Assembly (NCBI GenBank): GCA_963693365.1
Contig: CAVNZM010000009.1
Span: 9,437,116-9,501,115 of the forward strand
Reading direction: 5' to 3'
DNA from: Amoebidium appalachense
Taxonomy: Eukaryota; Protista; Ichthyosporea
Length of the DNA: 64,000 bases
Shown here: one piece after another, positions 1 to 12,037 of the stretch
Layout: each line of letters begins with the position of its first letter
Numbering within the stretch: position 1 is the stretch's first letter
Program-made: the position numbers and the translations under genes
The notes under the pieces: generated by a model
Seen by the model: only the letters and a program-made list of their open reading frames with translations
Told to the model about the DNA's origin: nothing
Database searches by the model: none

Positions 1-268
1 TAACACATATGATCACCAGTTCACCGATTGCATGACCAATGACTTACACATGTTATCTGGACCATAGACAGCAATGCAACTATGTTTTATGAACTTGGAA
101 TGGCAAAACCTGCGAACATTTTAATGCAGCAGCTATAGTTACCAACTAATCTATCTGTTTTGGTTGACAGGTGCAAGAGTTGGTGAAGGCGTACTACAAG
201 CAGGACGCCAGTTGATGCAGTGCTGTGATTTGCGGGCCCAGCAAACCATCGTTGAACAGTTCCTGCAG

Positions 269-308
<40 letters not shown>

Positions 309-745
309 ACACACACACACCAAAACAATACAATAACAGTACATGCACGCCCGCACGCCCGCACGCACGCACGCACGCATGCGTACATTCACGCACGTAA
401 GCACACACGCATGCATGCGCACGCACGCATGCACGCACGTACTCCTGATTATTATACACGCCAGCCTTACATCTAGGCTTCAAACGGTTCGTACTTCAAT
501 CCTTTTTTTTTTTTTTTTTTTTTTCCTTTGCTGGTGCTAATTTTTATGTGGCTACTTCCAATTCTTCCTTACGTTTTCTTTTACAACCTGCTTTGCAAGT
601 AAATTAGGAGGTCTCGGTACATATGAAAGCCAGAATATATGAAGGCCCTCTTTTCCCTACTCCCCCCCACCCACCCCACTGCCTCACACACCCCCTGCTA
701 CTAGAAGGGTCAATCTGTTTCTACTACGCTGCCTTTCCCCCCCCA

Positions 746-776
<31 letters not shown>

Positions 777-1952
777 GACCTCCACAACCGACAACAAAGG
801 TCTAGAGCAGACAGGTTCTTGCTATTTAGGCAACACCATACCATTTGCATCACACCATAAGGTGTATAGATATACTGAATACAAATGAAAATGGCACTCG
901 GTGACTCGTATTTTATTGGCTATTGGTCTGAGCCTGTCTGCCCTATGTACAGGTATATATACCGAGTGACCGGGTCACTCCATTTACCTCACTAATATAT
1001 GTATATTAGCTACACCGTAATTCACCCACAGTTCTCTTGGTCTACACTCTGCAAACACAACCGACTGTACAACTGCGGTTACTTGAAGGGCTTCATGTTT
1101 GTATTTAAACGTTTCTAGACCGTTCAAAACGTATGCACATAGACATAGGTGACATGAGAATAGAAATATTTACGTACTTGAGAAACAACGAAAACAAGGA
1201 CCAACACACTCTTGAGATGCACAAATTACCCATTTTTTACAGCCCAAACCAGGCGGTGTTAGAAAACGGCAGTCTATGTACAGTGCTGTACACCAGGTCA
1301 AAATTTTAAAATCACGGCCAGCTATCACACCAGCATTCGTGCAGTTCCAGTATTAAACCACGCACAAATATACACAAAGAAGCAAACCACCACCACAAGC
1401 ACACACAATATTTCTGTGGTAACCGAAATTTCCTTGTGGAAAAAAATAGTTCACAAAATGCGGTGCTCACTTAGACAGACATGTGCTTGCACGTGCAGGC
1501 ATTGAGTTAACCTGCAACAAGTTTATCCATCAATCAAATTCATGTATACAGTATGTTACTATGGTAGCACTATACTGCATCATAAGCTACACGGTACCGA
1601 TATGTAAAACCCCCCCTCCCCCCTCTCCCTCATATACATACCCCTGTTTGCCTTCACAAAACAATGCGGCACGAAGGTTAAGCCAACAAAACAGAAATAG
1701 TAGAAACAAGCCCACATAAACGCAAAAGTGGGCAGTGACAGCCTAATTTAAGAATCCCCTCATAAGGCGCCCTTAACTGCATCTCGCGTGAATGCCGTGT
1801 TCTCAGGCCTTGTGCCCCACCGGGCCGAAATTTCTACTGAGGGGCAGGAGGGGTTCTGGGGAGGTGGGGTCTTTTGCTTGTCTCGTGGTGGGAAAACATG
1901 CCATCGAAGAAGATACTGGAATCAATGTCAACTGTGCATAGTGGGAGGGGAA

Positions 1953-1983
<31 letters not shown>

Positions 1984-2156
1984 GGGGGTAGGGGGAGGGG
2001 AATGGTGTGTGTTAGATGTCTGAAGGGAAACCGAGGGAGAAAGGGAGAAGAAGAAATTTGGTTTCAACCACGATACCCCCCCCCCCCCCCCAGGGTGGAT
2101 CACACAACTCCCCCATTCCCCCCACTTGCTTTAGCTCTCTCTCTCTCTCTCTCACG

Positions 2157-2189
<33 letters not shown>

Positions 2190-2190
2190 T

Positions 2191-2324
<134 letters not shown>

Positions 2325-2430
2325 CCCCCCTCCCCCCCTCTCCCCCCCCCCCCCCCCATCTTTCCTTTCACTTTTCTTTTCTTCGTCTCCTTCTTCTCCT
2401 TTTTAAAAATGTGTGTGTGTGTGTTGCGTG

Positions 2431-2578
<148 letters not shown>

Positions 2579-3061
2579 GGGGGAAGGGGGGGGGGGGGGG
2601 GGTATTTGGAGTTACTACACGGTACCCTGCAAGGCGACATGCAAAAAGTAGCACAGTGCAATCCCTTTAAACAGCGCTAGCTGATATAAAACCAGAGCAT
2701 AGGAGGAAGGGAGGGTGTGGTGTGGGATGTCGGGTGTGTGTGTGGAGCGGGGAGGGGAGGGAGGGGGGGGGGAGGGAGGGTAGGAGGGGGAGGGGGAGGA
2801 GAGTGGGGGGAGGGGAGGGGAGGGGGACGAGGTGCGCATACCGAAAGGCAGCAGATCACCCACGAATGGGGATGGGGCAGGGACCATGCTTGTGAAAGAC
2901 TCAGAGGCAGACACGAGCAGGTGGGGGGGTGAGTGGGGGAGAGAGAGGTCGGCTAGGGTGGAGAAGTCAGGCCCAAGGGTTGTGGCTAGAGCCTTGGATT
3001 CCTGCGTGGTGGTGGGTGCCTGAGGCGGGGAGAGGGGGGAGGGGGGGGGGGGGGGGGGGTG

Positions 3062-3158
<97 letters not shown>

Positions 3159-3182
3159 GTGTGTGTGCGTGTGTGTGTGTCT

Positions 3183-3260
<78 letters not shown>

Positions 3261-3477
3261 ACGCACACGCGCATGTGCTGAGCGTGCACGCGTGTGTATG
3301 TGTGTATGTGTGTAAGGTGCGATGGAATTTGCTATTTGAAGGCGGAAGCGGCCTCGCCATGGCTGTCGACATAGGGGGAGATGCTGTGCACACAGCCTCG
3401 GCCATCGTGCAGCAGCAGCATGTGGCACACGTCCACAAGATAGAACATCCCCGTCCCCACATCCCCACCCCCACACC

Positions 3478-4409
3478 TGTTAAATTTTATAAGTATTTGG
3501 GATGTAAGCAGAGACACAGTGGTGCAGTGTGAAAACACCACAGACACACACAACAACAAAACACGGAACGATCGGAGCAGTGTACACAACAGACATCAAT
3601 GTTTAGACACGACTCAACTCAATTTATTTTGATCTCGAATAAATACCTGAAATTCCCTTAAGTTAAATCCATACATGATTTCCGACCAGTCGGAAATCAG
3701 ATCTATGTCTAAAATAACCAATCACAATTAACTGATTATTTCCCGGATAGATCCGGAGACACAGGAACGCACACCATAGGTCACAGCTATAAGAAAGAAA
3801 TGAGGTGAAGAGTAACGAGGAAAGAGGTGATGTTTCTAACCTATCATCGGCTACAAAGACAGACATTTTCTGACTAAGTCCACTGATTGGATATAGTACG
3901 GCAACACACAAAACAAAAGTGGTTGACTAAGCTATGAATCATACCTGACCAGCTAAAGTGTAACCTAAGTGTTTTTCTACCAATCAAAACATAACGAGTA
4001 ATATAAATCTACTCAACGTATATTAGTGAGAGAGAAATATAATTATGTGAAAGGAAACAAGAGAAGAAAGAAAGAGAAAAGAAAGAAGAAGAAAGAGGAA
4101 AAAGAAAAGAAAGCAGGACAGAAAACACGAACATGAAAACACAGTTATAACCGAAGATATTCATGTACACATAACATGTACACGTTTCTCCCTCACTGGG
4201 TAGACTCGTGTACCTATAATCAGTTGCTGTAATCGATATCTAAACACACGAATATAGCCGACACAACACGATTACAAGTACTCAAATACACTGGAGATCG
4301 ATGTCATAATTTACGTACAAGGAGCACATCTCTTTCACTAAGTAAATGAATGAAAACATAACACGAACTGAGAAGATCTTACAATATGTAAATACTACGT
4401 ATTACAACA
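3478..4409 (-). repeat. 3' LTR of copia family 1 (932 bp)
   Basis: By eye identical to 9316-10249 except for a 2-bp indel (aaagac-agac vs aaagactcagac). Confidence 0.95.
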
Positions 4410-4478
4410 TCCCCACTTAAGACTTTGAAGTTTGTGTTATCATATCCCCACTGAACTAGTGAAATCTCCCCACTTGAG
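4410..4478 (-). promoter_or_regulatory. Polypurine tract plus two upstream PPT-like copies
   Basis: CTTAAGTGGGGA abuts the 3' LTR; similar AGTGGGGA boxes start at + strand 4445 and 4467. Confidence 0.75.
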
Positions 4479-4845
4479 AACAGAAACGGAAAAAAAAATT
4501 AAAGTGTGGACTTTTTCCGGGGGGGGGGGGGGGGGGGGGGGGGGGAGAAGGGGGGGAGGGGGGGGGGGAAGGGGGGGGGGAGGGGGGGGAAGGGGGGGGG
4601 GGGGGGGGGGTGGAGGGGGGGGGGGAAAGGAACCGGGGCAAAAACAACGAATATATATAACGTGTATAGTCGGGGTTTGATTAACTGGGTGTTAAACCAG
4701 TGAAAGATAGAGTAGAGTCGCGGTACAGGTCAAACCTTATATATAAACCCTAAGTGGGCATACCCACAAAGGCAATACATATGAAATAATGATTATGATA
4801 AAGTAAGTAGTAAACATTAGAAAATCACTCTTGAAGTAGGTCGGG

Positions 4846-7800
4846 TCAATCCACAATATCCGGTAAACAAAGTCGAGCACGATGGTGGACATGACTCGGG
4901 CCGGGGAGGGGTTTGGTGAGGATGTCAGCTAAGTTGTGGGCTGACTCAACGTAGTGGACAACCACGTCCCCACTGGCAATGCAGTCCTTGGTGTTGTGAT
5001 ACCGGACGGCAATGTGTTTGGTACGGTGCTTGATGCCGGTGGAGTTGACGATGGCAATGGTCGACTGGTTGTCACAGTACACCGGAGTCGGAGCAAGCAT
5101 GGGACAGCCGAGTTCCTTGAAGAGGTCACGGACCCAAGCAACGTCTTGGGTGCCAGCATTGAGAGCAATCAGCTCAGCTTCAGTGGTGCTGGTGGCCGTG
5201 ATGGGCTGGAGCTTGGAGTACCAGATGATAGGCATACCAGCAAACTCGATAATGTAGCCGGTGGTAGACTTCTTGCTGTCGGCACAACCAGCAAAGTCAG
5301 CATCCGTGTAGCATTCGAGTATGGGGGACTGGGTGGCCGAGTACTTGTAGTCAATGCCAAGGTCAATGGTGCCGAGCAGGTACCGGGCCACACGATGGAG
5401 AAGGTCCCAGTGAGTCTTGCCGGGGTTGGTGCCGAACCGACCAAGGAAGCCGATGGCATAGGCAATGTCGGGACGTGTGCACCGTGCCACCCAGAGGAGA
5501 CGGCCGAGTAACTCACGGTAGGGCACGGTGAACGGTTGGGGGGGGCAGTCAGCCAGGGAGACGGTGGTGCCTGCAGGGATGGGGGTAGACTTGGACTTGG
5601 CATCGGTGAGGTTGAAGTCGTGGATGATATCCATGATGTAAGACCTCTGGTGCATGTGGAGGTGATGGGGATCAGAGTGATTAAAATCAACACCGAGCAT
5701 ACGGTCAAATGGACTCATACGACAGCTGGCCATCTTGCTGATGTGGGCAGCCAGGTCACTGGCAGCAGTAGAACCCCGGGTGTTGGTGATGGTGGAGTCG
5801 TCGACGTAGTTACCAGCCCGTACCACATCGTTGTTGGGGAAGAACCGGAGGTAGATACACGGGTCGGTCTTAGTACGGGTCAGGCCATGGGCAAGAAGAA
5901 TGCCGTCGAGGAAGTCGTACCAAGCCTTGGAGGCTTGCTTGAGGCCGTACAGGGCTTTCTTGAGTCTCCAGACCTTGCCAAGTGTGGCCATGGTGATGAA
6001 TCCCGGGGGTTGTTTCATGTAGATGGTCTCGGTGAGTGGGTTGTTGAGAAAGGCCGTAGACACGTCGAGTTGATGGATGTCATGACCTTCAACAACGGCC
6101 AGAGCTAGGATGGCACGGAGAGCAGCCGGACGGATGACAGGGCTCTCAATCAACTCATAGTCAACACCGTATTGCTGACTGAAGCCTTGAGCAACACCAC
6201 GTGCCTTGATCTTGGTGTCACCAGCTGAGTTGAGAGTTTTCTCGGAGACAATCCACTTGAAGCCGACGATGTTAGCACCAGGGGGAGGGTCAACAAGTTC
6301 AAAGATGTCTTTGTCGACGAAGGCTTGATACTCAGCAGTCAGGGCTGACTTGACCTGGTCACCATTGGGTCCGGAACACAGTTGACGGACAAGTTTGGGT
6401 AGTTGGTCGATGTTGATGGGGGGACCGGGGGGGACTGGGAGGGTGGTGGTGGCTTGAAGTCCAACCTTGCCCTGTAGACGGGCAGAACGACGGGGTGCAG
6501 GAACCGGGGGAGGTGGAGACGGTGGGGGGGGAACTTGGAAGTTCGGAAGTGCAGGGGGGGCAACCTCCGGGCTGGACGGGGCCGAGTGGAAGTGGTCGGG
6601 GGAGCCGGGTCGGATGGGTGTGACGTTGCCAGGGGCAGGATGAGGGTCGGCAGGCTGGACGGGCACGGGGGCAGGGGGGCCGGTGGGGGGGGGTGTCGGG
6701 GGGAACTACGATGGCAGGAGGGGGGCCAGAGTACACCAGACAAACGTCATCTTCAGTGTCAACTGTGGGGGGTGGTGTGGTCGAGGTAGCAGTGGTGTCG
6801 GGGGTCGGAAGTGTTGATGGAAGGTCGGACGGGAGATAAGCTGATTCGTCGAAAATCACATCACGGAAGAGGCCGACACGATGGGTGGTGGGATTGAAGA
6901 TCCGGTGGCAGTGTGATTGAAGATCATAGCCGATATACATGCCGAGTTTGACGGTGGGGGCCAGCTTGTTCCGTTTAGAGGCTGGCACGTGAGTGTAGGC
7001 AGGGCAACCGAACACTTTGAGCTCGGAGATGTCGGGCTTGACACCGTAGAAAACCTCGAATGGTGTACGACCATTGGCAGTCGTGGACGGGGTGACGTTG
7101 ATGATGTAGGCGGCATGTTGGAGGGCCTCAGCCCACAGTTTGGGGGACAGAGACTGATCTTGGACTTGATGGAGGAGGCAACGGACAATCTCTTGGAGGA
7201 ACCGCATACGACGTTCAACATAGCCGTTCAGTTGAGGGCAGTCCACCGGAGCATAGCTGGCCTTGATGCCCTGGGAGAGGCAAAAAGCACGGGTAGCCTT
7301 GGAGGTGAACTCAAAGCCGGAGTCGAAGTGGTAGACACCAACTTTGGAGGGGGCATGGGTGGCAACGAGGTTGGTGTGAGCTGTGAGAATGTCCAGGGTG
7401 GTGGTACGGTCGGCCATCGGGTAGATCTTGACGAGTCCAGAGGCACGGCAGACAGTGACGAGAGCAACCTTGGAACCTCCGTACGATGTTGTGGTAGGCT
7501 CAAAAAAATCCCAATGCCATTCATGACCGGGGATGTTGGAGTGAGGACGGTCACCCTTGAATGGAGCCTTGGTGGTTTTACCCATAATGCAGCCATGACA
7601 ATCAGGAACATCACAGTCGAGGACAGACGAGGGGAGACCAATAACAAGGTCGTGTTTCACCATGTCCTTGATGCTGGTCATAGCACGGTGCCCCAGACGA
7701 TGGTGCCAGATGGATGGGTTAACACTGGTAGTGGCAGCCAGAGCCACAGGACGAGTGGGTGGTTGAATGGTGTAGTCCTTGAAGTAATACAGACCGTTGT

Positions 7801-9253
7801 GTAGACGGAGGTTGACGAGATGACGGCCGGTGAGTCGGTCGAAGAGGAATGACGGAGTGGAGGCATCGTTCAAATCACCCTTGATGTATTCGGCAGCAGC
7901 TTGGGATGTTGAAATGAGGAAGGCTTGGCCAGACGGGGTGTAGTAGGCTTCAATGGTAAGGGTGGCAGTGCCATGGTCGGTGGTGGTGTTGATGACGATA
8001 TGGCCGGTGTGAGTGGCCAAGACGGGGGTGCCATTGAAGGCAGCAACGGGAGTCGGTGTCGGAAGGGGAGTGAGGTCATGGAAGAACTCACGGGTGGGGC
8101 AGACAGTCATGTTGCACCCGGAATCCCAGGCAGGGTCGGGGGACACGGGGACGGAGCTAGCATTGTATGCCGAGAAAGCAAAGGAGACAGATTTCTCACT
8201 GCCTTGACGGGAACGGTTGTGTCTGGACATACGGCATTTCGGCTCAGGGCAATCGATGATCGTGTGATCAGGCTCGTGGCAGTAGGAGCATTCTTTCACG
8301 GACGGGGTGTTAGAACGAGCCGGGGAATCAGAACGACGGGAACCCGAGAAACGGGAACGACTGGGGGAACGAGACGTGGACCGGAAGGCAGGCCGGTGGG
8401 GGGAACGGGATCGGGTGTGCTGACGGGAGAGACGAGTTCGGAGGTCCGTACCAGGGGTACGGTCAAGTCGGTTGCGTAAGTCACGGCGAGGAAGATCACG
8501 GGGGGGAGCACTGGCATTTAATGCCATGCTGGACTTGGAGGCACGGTGGGCACGGTTGCTCCGGAGTTGCATCTTGAGGTCTTGACGTAACTCGATGCCC
8601 TTGACGTGGTTGTGGAGGGACTCGAAGTCGGGGAATAGCTTATCACCGAAGTGATAGTCTTCGATAAGACGGTTGAACTCAGGGGTGAGGTCGTCTCTGG
8701 TGGTGAGTTCATTGAAGAACTTCTCAGCTAGACGAGTGAAGTGAATGGACTCATCTTGAAGAGACTGGAGCTGGTTCACGATGGTCTGCAGACGGCTCAG
8801 GTAGGTGGTGAATGATTCACCGGGCTGAAGGGCACAGGCATCCCACTGACGGTGAAGGATGCGGATCTGATCGGGTTTGCCTTGGAGATAGTGTTGACGG
8901 AATTTCCACATGGCCCGTTCAGGGTCCATGCCAATACGGTACTGGGCAACGGTGGTGAGGACGGAAGGGTCGATGTTCTGTATCATATGGAGCAGGAGGC
9001 AATTGCGGGCCTCCTTGAGTTCCGCGGTAGTGCCGTAGCCATAGAAGGGGGGTTCACCGTCAACCGCGACGGTGGTAGGGGGGACGTAGTTGTCAGCAAG
9101 TACAACATCCACGAGTCGGACACCTTTAGTGCCGGTCATCATGCCGAGAAAAATGATTTCCCATTGAAAATAGGTGGTTTTGCTATCGGGACCAGTCTTC
9201 CCTTCACCTTTCCACATGGTGATTTTGTTTACGCCAGTTTTGTTGGGATCCAT
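4846..9253 (-). CDS. Copia Gag-Pol polyprotein (~1468 aa if one extra base in the G9 run at 6685-6693 is removed)
   Basis: Zn knuckle CSYCHEPDHTIIDC; protease WDSGC; integrase WHHRLGH..CHGC with WDFF/FDSGFEF/NGYVER; RT KARGVAQGFSQ, QLDVSTAFL, LKKALYGLKQ, YVDD; RNase H YTDADFAG..KSTTGY, NLADILTK. Split across ORFs 6359..9427 and 4846..6666. Confidence 0.93.
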
Positions 9254-9290
9254 GATTGAAAAACGAGCGCTAGTTCTAGATGTGTGGAGG

Positions 9291-9315
9291 GAGCGTGCAA
9301 AAGGGCTGCATAACC
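9291..9315 (-). promoter_or_regulatory. Primer binding site, half-tRNA-iMet (anticodon-arm) type
   Basis: Minus strand reads GGTTATGCAGCCC directly after the LTR. GGTTATG is the PBS type of Drosophila copia and Ty5. Confidence 0.8.
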
Positions 9316-10249
9316 TGTTAAATTTTATAAGTATTTGGGATGTAAGCAGAGACACAGTGGTGCAGTGTGAAAACACCACAGACACACACAACAACAAAAC
9401 ACGGAACGATCGGAGCAGTGTACACAACAGACATCAATGTTTAGACACGACTCAACTCAATTTATTTTGATCTCGAATAAATACCTGAAATTCCCTTAAG
9501 TTAAATCCATACATGATTTCCGACCAGTCGGAAATCAGATCTATGTCTAAAATAACCAATCACAATTAACTGATTATTTCCCGGATAGATCCGGAGACAC
9601 AGGAACGCACACCATAGGTCACAGCTATAAGAAAGAAATGAGGTGAAGAGTAACGAGGAAAGAGGTGATGTTTCTAACCTATCATCGGCTACAAAGACTC
9701 AGACATTTTCTGACTAAGTCCACTGATTGGATATAGTACGGCAACACACAAAACAAAAGTGGTTGACTAAGCTATGAATCATACCTGACCAGCTAAAGTG
9801 TAACCTAAGTGTTTTTCTACCAATCAAAACATAACGAGTAATATAAATCTACTCAACGTATATTAGTGAGAGAGAAATATAATTATGTGAAAGGAAACAA
9901 GAGAAGAAAGAAAGAGAAAAGAAAGAAGAAGAAAGAGGAAAAAGAAAAGAAAGCAGGACAGAAAACACGAACATGAAAACACAGTTATAACCGAAGATAT
10001 TCATGTACACATAACATGTACACGTTTCTCCCTCACTGGGTAGACTCGTGTACCTATAATCAGTTGCTGTAATCGATATCTAAACACACGAATATAGCCG
10101 ACACAACACGATTACAAGTACTCAAATACACTGGAGATCGATGTCATAATTTACGTACAAGGAGCACATCTCTTTCACTAAGTAAATGAATGAAAACATA
10201 ACACGAACTGAGAAGATCTTACAATATGTAAATACTACGTATTACAACA
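9316..10249 (-). repeat. 5' LTR of copia family 1 (934 bp)
   Basis: Starts tgttaaatt, ends attacaaca, and abuts the PBS on the minus strand. Confidence 0.95.
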
Positions 10250-10668
10250 ACACCTGCACGTTCAGGTCCGTCAGAAGACCTCGCCTTCACACATAGCTTA
10301 TGATCCCACCAGGTTCATGTCCCACCGATCATCCCCCCCCCCCCCCCCCCCCCCCTCTTTCTCACCCGAATCCGATATTTCCAACCGTGGCAATCCCCAA
10401 ACCTGACCACTGACAAGAAAACCACACATGGCTCAACAATATATATGCACACAGACACACATGTACATGCCAGTACCAACCTAAGCAAATACACAAGGCC
10501 ACAAAATCAAACAGAAAACAATCCCTTTCACTCGGCTCAACCCACTCTCCACCGTACCCCACTTTCACCAACCGCTGATACTACACCCGCACAGACACAC
10601 CGCGCACACACACTAAAACAGACACACACAAACACACGAACACACCCACCACCCACCCATTCGCACGT

Positions 10669-11385
10669 GCAGTTGAAGCGTGCTGGGCCCATAACCTGTT
10701 GTTTTGTACGGGTCTAAGGGAGCAGAGTGCCGTGACAGAGGTGTCATGTAAAACACGACCAACACCAACACAATAAAGTCACTTATCATCTTATCTCAAC
10801 TAAAAGAAGAGAACAAATCGGTTTCTTCCGATGATTGAAAAATACATTCCAACAGAGTATACGCATTCCAACTTCCGACACAACTGAAGCTTAGAAACTC
10901 TTACTTAAATAACGTAAAGTAAAGTAAATCATACAACTTGTCACTATTAATACACATATATACTTATACTCGTCTCTATAAAGAAACTCATCTAAATACA
11001 TATACTCCCTAATAGTCGACACTCACAAAGTGAAGACATATCACGATAAAACGAATTGCAGACATATCTAATGTGTCCAATCATAACACGTATATTAATA
11101 GACAGGAATGCACATCACGATCTACAGATGTACTCACTCGCGTCTATTGGTGAGTCATCTTATTCTGAACTATAACTAAACTACTTTGAACTAAAACAAA
11201 GACAACGAATATAGCTAGCCAATCACATTACTTCTCAGATAAACAGAGGAGAGCAAACACAGATATAATGCAATAAGTCCTATCAGGCAAGGGAGCCAGG
11301 TGTGCACAGGTCTACAGATATCCATGCACACAGAAACAAGGGAGAGAGAGATAGGGGGGGGGAGGGAGGGGGGGGAGGGGGGGAG

Positions 11386-11431
<46 letters not shown>

Positions 11432-11552
11432 AGAAAAAGGGAGAGAAGGGGGAGAGCACAAAGAAGGAGAGCAGACACGAATACAAACAAGGCTAAGACA
11501 CACACACATACTTCAAGACTCTTGCTGTCCTACGTAGTGACGTATTCCACCA
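10669..11552 (-). mobile_element. Copia family 2: single LTR (10697-11552) plus PBS/tRNA-iMet-like segment, no internal region
   Basis: LTR begins tgttgttttg and is an inverted homologue of 13432-14291. 10675-10696 (GAAGCGTGCTGGGCCCATAACC) equals animal-type initiator tRNA-Met nt ~18-39 as recalled. Confidence 0.85.
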
Positions 11553-11897
11553 CCCACACCCACACCCACACCCACACCCACACAAACATTCCCACCCACT
11601 GTACACCCACACACCCACACCCACACCCACCCAACCCACACGCACGCACGCACGCACCCACCCACCCATTCACACCCGACCACACCCACCCACACCCAAA
11701 CAACATGCACCCACCCTAAATGCACACCTGCAGCCTCTTGCATGGACCGTGCACAGTGTCGGAGACCCACCGGGCCTGTGCATAGTCCCCCTCCAGCAGA
11801 GTGGCTAGTGGGGGCAGGTGGAGGGCAGCACCCAGCATGTGGTACTCGTCTTCGTGGGTGAGCTCCTCATCGACTATGTGTGTGTGTGTACGTGTGT

Positions 11898-12037
<140 letters not shown>

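Larger units (their letters stand above)
3478..10249 (-). mobile_element. Full-length Ty1/copia LTR retrotransposon (family 1), very recent insertion
   Basis: Direct LTRs with TG...CA ends at 3478-4409 and 9316-10249. 5-bp TSD ACACC at 3473-3477 and 10250-10254. PBS GGTTATG next to the 5' LTR, PPT next to the 3' LTR. Domain order GAG-PR-IN-RT-RH. Confidence 0.97.
3310..11873 (-). pseudogene. C-terminal exons of a UBR1/2/3-like N-recognin E3 ubiquitin ligase; partial and interrupted
   Basis: Exon ~3310-3476 encodes CGGGDVGTGMFYLVDVCHMLLLHDGRGCVHSISPYVDSHGE, resembling the UBR C-terminal CGxGxGIFL..RGC..PYLDxYGE motif, followed by an in-frame TAG (3332-3334). Exon ~11771-11873 (EDEYHMLGAALHLPPLATLLE) resembles the EEYxxLCxYLxLP segment. 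No N-terminal UBR exons were recognised. Confidence 0.6.

Noticed and set aside
9254-9427. N-terminal hydrophobic extension of Gag in ORF 6359..9427
   Set aside because: Starts at a non-ATG codon inside the LTR; the first ATG after the PBS is at 9253.
10669-10696. tRNA-Met gene
   Set aside because: Only part of the 5' half is present, abutting an LTR; it is a PBS or primer copy.
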